64,000 bases of DNA from a plasmid. A program made the translations under genes and the position numbers. Below, one piece after another: positions 58,497-64,000 of this stretch (the first letter of the stretch is position 1; each line of letters starts with the position of its first letter). The DNA lies in sequence record NZ_CP014093.1; one strand, 5' to 3'. The notes beneath the pieces were generated by a model. That model was not told the origin of the DNA and did not search any database. It saw only the letters and a list, made by a program, of their open reading frames with translations.

Positions 58497-59171
58497 GTGT
58501 TTTTAATGGCTTTGACAATAGCAGAGAAACTTCAAAGACAACGAGAGAAGCAAAAACAATCAATGGAACGGGCGCGAGCAAAGCAAATCGCCAAAATGAA
58601 CGATCCCGAGGAACGGCAGAAACGCTTCAAAAAGCAATTACAGCAGCAAGAGCGTCAGCGCCAGCGACAAATCGAGCGCTTAAATGATCCCGAATACCAG
58701 AAAAAGCAGCGTGACAAACAGCAACAGCGCATCGAGCGCCAAAAAGCGAAGCCTGTAGCGAAGAAACCGACCAAAAAGATCGCCAGTAAGGGATTGAAAG
58801 GCCGAACGCCCACGGCAGAGGAAAGGCGCATCATGGATGCCATTGGCCGCTTACCATGTATTGCGTGTTGGCTGCATGGCCGAGAGAATCCGGTGATTTC
58901 CTTGCATCATGTGTTTGGTCGTGTTGGAGAACGGGCGCATGCGTATGTATTACCCTTGTGTTGTTATCACCACGACACGCTACTAGAAGCGGAGAAGCGC
59001 GCTCAGTATCCCGATATGATACCTATCCACGCAAAAGGGAAGTACGGCGGGAAAGCGCAATGGAAGATCCACAACGGTACAGAGATAGAGCTGTTGTTTA
59101 AGGTCTATAATCTGGCGGGATTGCCACTTGAATTGCTCGAAAACATTTACCCTCAACATTCCGAACATTAA
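58497..59171 (+). CDS. HNH-type endonuclease-like protein with Gln/Arg-rich N-terminus
   Basis: 'CIACWLHGR...SLHHVFGRVG...AHAYVLPLCCYHHD'. Confidence 0.45.
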   Translation: MFLMALTIAEKLQRQREKQKQSMERARAKQIAKMNDPEERQKRFKKQLQQQERQRQRQIERLNDPEYQKKQRDKQQQRIERQKAKPVAKKPTKKIASKGLKGRTPTAEERRIMDAIGRLPCIACWLHGRENPVISLHHVFGRVGERAHAYVLPLCCYHHDTLLEAEKRAQYPDMIPIHAKGKYGGKAQWKIHNGTEIELLFKVYNLAGLPLELLENIYPQHSEH

Positions 59172-59268
59172 TTAATATAAACACCATTAACAGGGCTGAA
59201 AAGCTTGGTTAATAGTGTTAAACTGACCAAGACTCCCCATCTTAAAAAGCGCGCTTAGAGGTCACAAC

Positions 59269-59901
59269 ATGGCACGAACGCGCATAGCTGTACTTACTCT
59301 ATCATCTGGCCAGCCACGACTTATGCTTGCTGGTGTAGATGATGGTCAACTCCATATCATCGAATGCCAACAATTAGAGCGCTCATTGATGAGCCTTAAG
59401 CTGACTTTGCCCGAGAAGTTAGAAAAGCTCAAAAAAGGCGGTTTTATTGTGCTGGTGGACGAGGTTACGCCCTACTTTTCGAAGTATGGGCGCGCCGTTC
59501 GCCTGTCCGAACTGGACGCAAAAGGCAGACCGATCATTGTGTCGGCAATGGAAGCCTATAACTATCTCACATCCCTAAGTGCTATCACCTACCCGCCTAA
59601 CGCTGGTGGCCGCTTCGAAGTGTCGCCGTCCATCGTAGAAGAAGTTCGGGGAACGGATGGTAAACCAACGTACAACATTGACTGGTCAGAACTGCGCCCT
59701 GATACCTACGCGCTCATGTTTGTGGTCTATGCAGCTACACAAGACAGTATCGGCGACACGGTAACGCTTAAGAGCTTGTTTGGCCTGTTACGTAAGCCCA
59801 AGAAAGAGCCAGGAATGGCCTCGCGCGCAATGGGATTGTTCAAGGCAAAAACGGGGCTAATCGCAGACGGTAAGTATCGTATGGGGGGTGATCATGAGTA
59901 A
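59269..59901 (+). CDS. hypothetical protein
   Basis: ORF. Confidence 0.35.
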   Translation: MARTRIAVLTLSSGQPRLMLAGVDDGQLHIIECQQLERSLMSLKLTLPEKLEKLKKGGFIVLVDEVTPYFSKYGRAVRLSELDAKGRPIIVSAMEAYNYLTSLSAITYPPNAGGRFEVSPSIVEEVRGTDGKPTYNIDWSELRPDTYALMFVVYAATQDSIGDTVTLKSLFGLLRKPKKEPGMASRAMGLFKAKTGLIADGKYRMGGDHE

Positions 59902-60217
59902 GTTATCCCGCCTCTCAGCAGAGAACATCGAGGACGATATTCTACGGGCGCATTTCTTTGCCATCGTCATGGAATACGTCAACCGTTCGGGCAATACCGA
60001 TCTGTTTGAGTACACCATTCGACTTGATGAGGTTTATCGTGCGGATCTTGTCTCTTACAGAGCTTACGCCACGGTTGAGCTTGATTGGCTGGTAAGTCTG
60101 GTCTGTGACGTAGACGACCCAATGAATCCGCTACCTGTTGGCGAAACCATCAAACTGCCACCAGCATCTTGGGTGCGTCGTTCCATGCGTCAATTCATGG
60201 ACGAAATGGGGCTGTAA
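59888..60217 (+). CDS. hypothetical protein
   Basis: ORF. Confidence 0.3.
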   Translation: MIMSKLSRLSAENIEDDILRAHFFAIVMEYVNRSGNTDLFEYTIRLDEVYRADLVSYRAYATVELDWLVSLVCDVDDPMNPLPVGETIKLPPASWVRRSMRQFMDEMGL

Positions 60218-60220
60218 CTT

Positions 60221-61372
60221 ATGCCGAAGAAGTTTGAAGCGGAGAAACGGGATAACGGCTCATTTGCCAGCCTTGGCCTCAATGAGAGACAGTTCAACCA
60301 GCTATTCAACAAGATTGAACGGGCGCAAAAGAAAAACCGCCGCAATGCCAAGCGAACGCTGACCGCCTCAACGCTGGCCAAGCCAACTAATAAGGCATTA
60401 AAAGCGCTAGGCGAAAAGGCTAAAGGGCAACGGTTTACCAAAGAAGACCTGATCAAGTTCGACAAGGCTCGCCAGCGACACAAAGAGGTCTATGACAGTA
60501 AGACAGCGGGTATCACCTACGCCTTTTTGGTGAAGAACTCGCGTCAAATTGACATAGACCGCGCTAACAACCGTGTCGATGACGGTACGGGTATTCACAA
60601 GGCCACGTTGATCGGCATTAAGAACAATATCGTGCTTATTCGTGTCCGAGCCTCAAGCGTGTCTAGACATGAAGAACACCGAGTAAAAGTGCGTCTTGAG
60701 CAGTGGGATGAACTACTACACGAATCGCCTAATGGGGATTACAACCAAGCGGTGCAACTGGCGTGTGCTGGCCGTATTTCCTTTGATTGCGACTGCGGAC
60801 GTCACCAGTATTGGTATCGATACTTGGCCACTATGGGTAACTACTGTATAGCGCCACCTAAAGAGTTTGCATTCCCGAAAATCCGAAACCCTGAATTGTC
60901 CGGTGTGGCATGTAAACACGTCCTTAAGGCAACAACCATGCTGCAATCACTGGCATGGCAACGCATCTTGGCCAACCAAATGAAACAGCAAGCGCGCCGT
61001 GTTGGTTTTGGCTCAGATAACAAAACGTACTTGCTCAACGAGAAAGAGAAGAAAGCCGCCGCTCGCAACCGTAAAACAATGGTGGATAAGGCCGCAGCTA
61101 CGCGCGAACACGCGAAATATCTACGTGCTCAGAACGCAATGGAAAAACAGATCGCCAAACAGAAACGGGAAAGCGAAACTATTAAGCGCCAAGCGCGCAA
61201 ACTGCGTCAGGAGTCCAACGAGAAGAAAGGTTATATCGATATGATTAAGGTCGGCTTCCAGAACTTCCATGACGGCTACAAGCTGCAAGGAAAGACTAAG
61301 AGTGAAGCTCTGACCAACTTCGCAAAATTGATGAACGTAACACCAAGCAGATTAGAGAGAATCATCAAATGA
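60221..61372 (+). CDS. hypothetical protein with SWIM-type zinc finger
   Basis: 'FDCDCGRHQYWYRY...GVACKHVLKA' (CxCx(n)CxH). Confidence 0.4.
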   Translation: MPKKFEAEKRDNGSFASLGLNERQFNQLFNKIERAQKKNRRNAKRTLTASTLAKPTNKALKALGEKAKGQRFTKEDLIKFDKARQRHKEVYDSKTAGITYAFLVKNSRQIDIDRANNRVDDGTGIHKATLIGIKNNIVLIRVRASSVSRHEEHRVKVRLEQWDELLHESPNGDYNQAVQLACAGRISFDCDCGRHQYWYRYLATMGNYCIAPPKEFAFPKIRNPELSGVACKHVLKATTMLQSLAWQRILANQMKQQARRVGFGSDNKTYLLNEKEKKAAARNRKTMVDKAAATREHAKYLRAQNAMEKQIAKQKRESETIKRQARKLRQESNEKKGYIDMIKVGFQNFHDGYKLQGKTKSEALTNFAKLMNVTPSRLERIIK

Positions 61373-61881
61373 GTGACGCAGTTAAACCTGTAGTAAGAAA
61401 GGCTCGATACCAAGGCCATGTGCCCTTTAACCGTGTTTTAAGGGATGATTGGATTAAGGCCATCAAACTATCACCTGATCACTTTGAAGCGTCCCTTTAT
61501 CGCCCTGCGGATCCAGAACTGGAACCAACGGATGATAATTACCAAAGCGAGTCAGTGTTAGAGCTAGAAACCAACCAAGACACGCTTACTTATCGTGAGC
61601 CAGAGCTGGTGGCTTTATTAGCTTGTCCAGATGAGCAAGAGAACTTTTTCATGATGGACGATGGCGACGAAAACCTTGGCGAGTCCTTAGAACCGCTAAT
61701 GCTGCGTATTGCTTCGCACCATGTTCCTATTGGTAGTGTACTGGAATGGGATGAAGAAAACGCCGAGGGATTACGAACCGTGTGGTGGTACGTACATAAA
61801 GCCGTTGGCTATGGCACAGCGAATGTGGGCGTGATTTATATCTGCATACCAATGCGTGATTTTAACAAATTACTTAAGTAG
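61369..61881 (+). CDS. hypothetical acidic protein
   Basis: ORF. Confidence 0.3.
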   Translation: MSDAVKPVVRKARYQGHVPFNRVLRDDWIKAIKLSPDHFEASLYRPADPELEPTDDNYQSESVLELETNQDTLTYREPELVALLACPDEQENFFMMDDGDENLGESLEPLMLRIASHHVPIGSVLEWDEENAEGLRTVWWYVHKAVGYGTANVGVIYICIPMRDFNKLLK

Positions 61882-61961
61882 AAAATTCACCACATAATGC
61901 AGCACCACCTTTAATGGCTAGGGTGCTCCCTGCAAAAGAGCAGAGAGGGGAATACAACATC

Positions 61962-63469
61962 TTAATATATAACATTTGCGATGTTATTTAATTTTCTATC
62001 CAATAAAGCAATGGGGATTGGACGACTTAAATAGAACCCTTGAACTAGCTCACAATCTAACTCTTCTAGAACACACAACTGTTCAAGGGTCTCTACCCCT
62101 TCAGCAACGACTTGAATACCAAATCCCTTTGCGATGTTGACGATGCCGGAAGTGATCGCTCTTGAGCGATAATCAATAGCGATGTTTTTAATGAAGCTTC
62201 GATCTATTTTTATTTCATCGACATCCAACTTGTTGAATATTGCAAATGAGGTATAGCCAACACCGAAGTCATCAATAGAGAACTTTACACCAGATTTCTT
62301 GAGTTCTCTGACTAGACTTGCGCATTGATCAACATCGTTTAACGTTGCTGTCTCTGTGATTTCCAAGCAGAGGTATTGTGCAAAATCAAGATCTTTTTTT
62401 AAGTAATTTTCGATACGATGCATATCTTCAATGCTATTTAGCTCAGTAGCAGAAAGGTTCACTGATACCTCTTGAATGGCTCGTCCTAGAAGCTGAGTTT
62501 CTCTAAGTTGCTTTGATGCTTGCTTGAGGACTAGTTCTGTTAGAGCGCTGCAGAGATTGTTCTCTTCTGCCAGTGTGATAAATACTGCAGGAGATATATC
62601 TCCATATTCGGGGTGTTTCCATCGAGAGAGCACTTCAACTCCAGCGACTCTCTTATCTTTAAGGCAATACTTTGGTTGAAAAACAATCTGTATTTGGTTT
62701 TCTCGTATTGCGTTACGTAAGTCTGAAGTCATCTGCTGTCTCTGGAGCTCATGTTTAGCGAGCTCTTTGTCGTGGTAGCAGACAGTATTTTTCGTGATTT
62801 TTGCTTGAGCAAGTGCATATTTAGCTGACGACATGAGCTGTTTTACACTTTCCCCATCAAATGGATAAAGCGCAACACCAATGGAGCATGTCAAATCAAT
62901 ACCATGACGTTTTGAGTTCTGCTTAAACTGCCTTTGAATAAGTGCTAAGTGCATATCAACTTGACTTTCGCTTTCCATACGAATCAAACAAGCAAATCCA
63001 TCAGAATGCACCCTTGAAGAGAAAAGTGGAGAAACGGTAGAAGAGTTAATCGATTGTGCGATATCTTTTAGAAACAGATTACTCTTTACAAAACCGATTC
63101 GGTCGGAAACGGGCTTAAAATTGTCTATATCGAGAAGAAATAAAACATAATGTTCATCCTTTTTTGTATTACGAAACTTTTGTTCCAAATAGCGAAAAAA
63201 GACGTAGGGGCTATGTAAACCGGTTACATAGTCAATGTCATTGGCTCGTTCAATATACCTGTTGTTCTTTTTTATCAGCCCCATAGCAAGAAAGAGGTGA
63301 TCACAACAAATAGCATTCCTTTTAGTGACTGAACCGAGGTGTATACTTGTTGATTGTTAGATAGGAGCTCTACCGCTTTGTCTGAGAACAATACCCACAT
63401 TGACGCGAATGCAAAGTAGGACAAAACGATCTTAGCGGAGCTGAGAAAGTTTTTTTTCATATAAACCAC
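61962..63469 (-). CDS. membrane-anchored GGDEF(degenerate)-EAL protein, candidate c-di-GMP phosphodiesterase; frameshift at a T6 tract near 63270
   Basis: EAL motifs 'GVEVLSRW' and 'DDFGVGYTS'. GGDEF domain start 'DYVTGL' with degenerate 'HSDGFA'. N-terminal transmembrane segment in the separate ORF 63275..63469. Confidence 0.6.
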
Positions 63470-64000
63470 AAAATACTCGTGTACTGCCCAAGGTTAAGAG
63501 CATACTTAAATAAGTAAACTATCACCACATTGCATATCAAGCTAGCAATATATCAATTAGATTTTCAAAACAACATATTAAACACATGCTTTTACGGATT
63601 AAGTTGACGTTTCGTCGTAACAAGAACCTCTAATTGCCCCCATCCTAATATTGTTCAGGTCTAGAGCTTAGTTGCTGTATGTTTACCATCTATGTTGCTT
63701 ATATGAGTTTCAAGAAATATATAAGCTAATAAGGAAGTTGCATATCAAACATGGCTGAACTGTCAAATCTGTTCAAACTGGATTTAATCGATTTACAGTT
63801 ACGAGTAGAATCACTTTTAATAGACCAATGGATGACTTAATTTATGGAATACCTGGGTGAATCAAAGCGGCTGAGAGATAAGTTAAATTTAAGACAACTG
63901 ATACTATTTTTAAGCATCTTTAGTATGATGGTCACCCTTCTAAACGCTTTTTACTCCATATATCATGTTCAACGTGAACTAACTGTCACTAACACCATTG

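Overview
The window reads as one mosaic extrachromosomal/prophage-like element of a gamma-proteobacterium (Vibrio-like by GC and codon usage). Its modules and their order are those of a phage-plasmid, with a distant resemblance to P1 in the kind and order of modules, not in sequence. Identified from conserved motifs: (i) tail-fibre genes at 1-5 kb; (ii) an IS200/IS605 tnpB-only insertion at 6.7-8.0 kb; (iii) two giant ORFs, one of 1597 aa of unknown function and one of 2239 aa fusing an N6-adenine methyltransferase to a DEAH/SNF2 helicase (DarB-like, probably anti-restriction), and between them a ParB/Srx-like nuclease-domain protein; (iv) a parA-parB partition operon (16.4-18.4 kb) surrounded by about 13 copies of a perfect 22-bp palindrome AAGTTTTCGCATGCGAAAACTT; (v) an iteron replicon with a rep gene, about 8 iterons, a GATC cluster and a perfect DnaA box (31-32.6 kb); (vi) ssb, a VRR-NUC nuclease, two HU/IHF-like genes, a Dam-family methyltransferase and pemIK toxin-antitoxin (35-41 kb); (vii) terminase small- and large-subunit-like ORFs separated only by an in-frame TAG (43-45.9 kb); (viii) an AT-rich accessory island (about 46-57 kb) carrying tyrosine-integrase remnants, an orphan HlyD, a cspA-like gene with a duplicated leader, and a four-gene operon (hypothetical, KAP P-loop NTPase, GNAT acetyltransferase, HTH antidote-like protein) that I consider the best candidate for an undescribed defence or addiction system; (ix) PadR, HNH, a SWIM-Zn-finger protein and a GGDEF/EAL protein at 57-63.5 kb. 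Two over-represented sequence motifs were seen: the 22-bp palindrome above, and an asymmetric 11-mer GTGTTCGGAAT found at about 17 sites, mostly intergenic. Many conserved genes are broken by 1-nt frameshifts located at homopolymers (G6, A6/A7, T6), so either the sequence carries homopolymer indel errors or the element is decaying. Calls of 'pseudogene' are therefore provisional. No rRNA, tRNA or CRISPR array was recognised.
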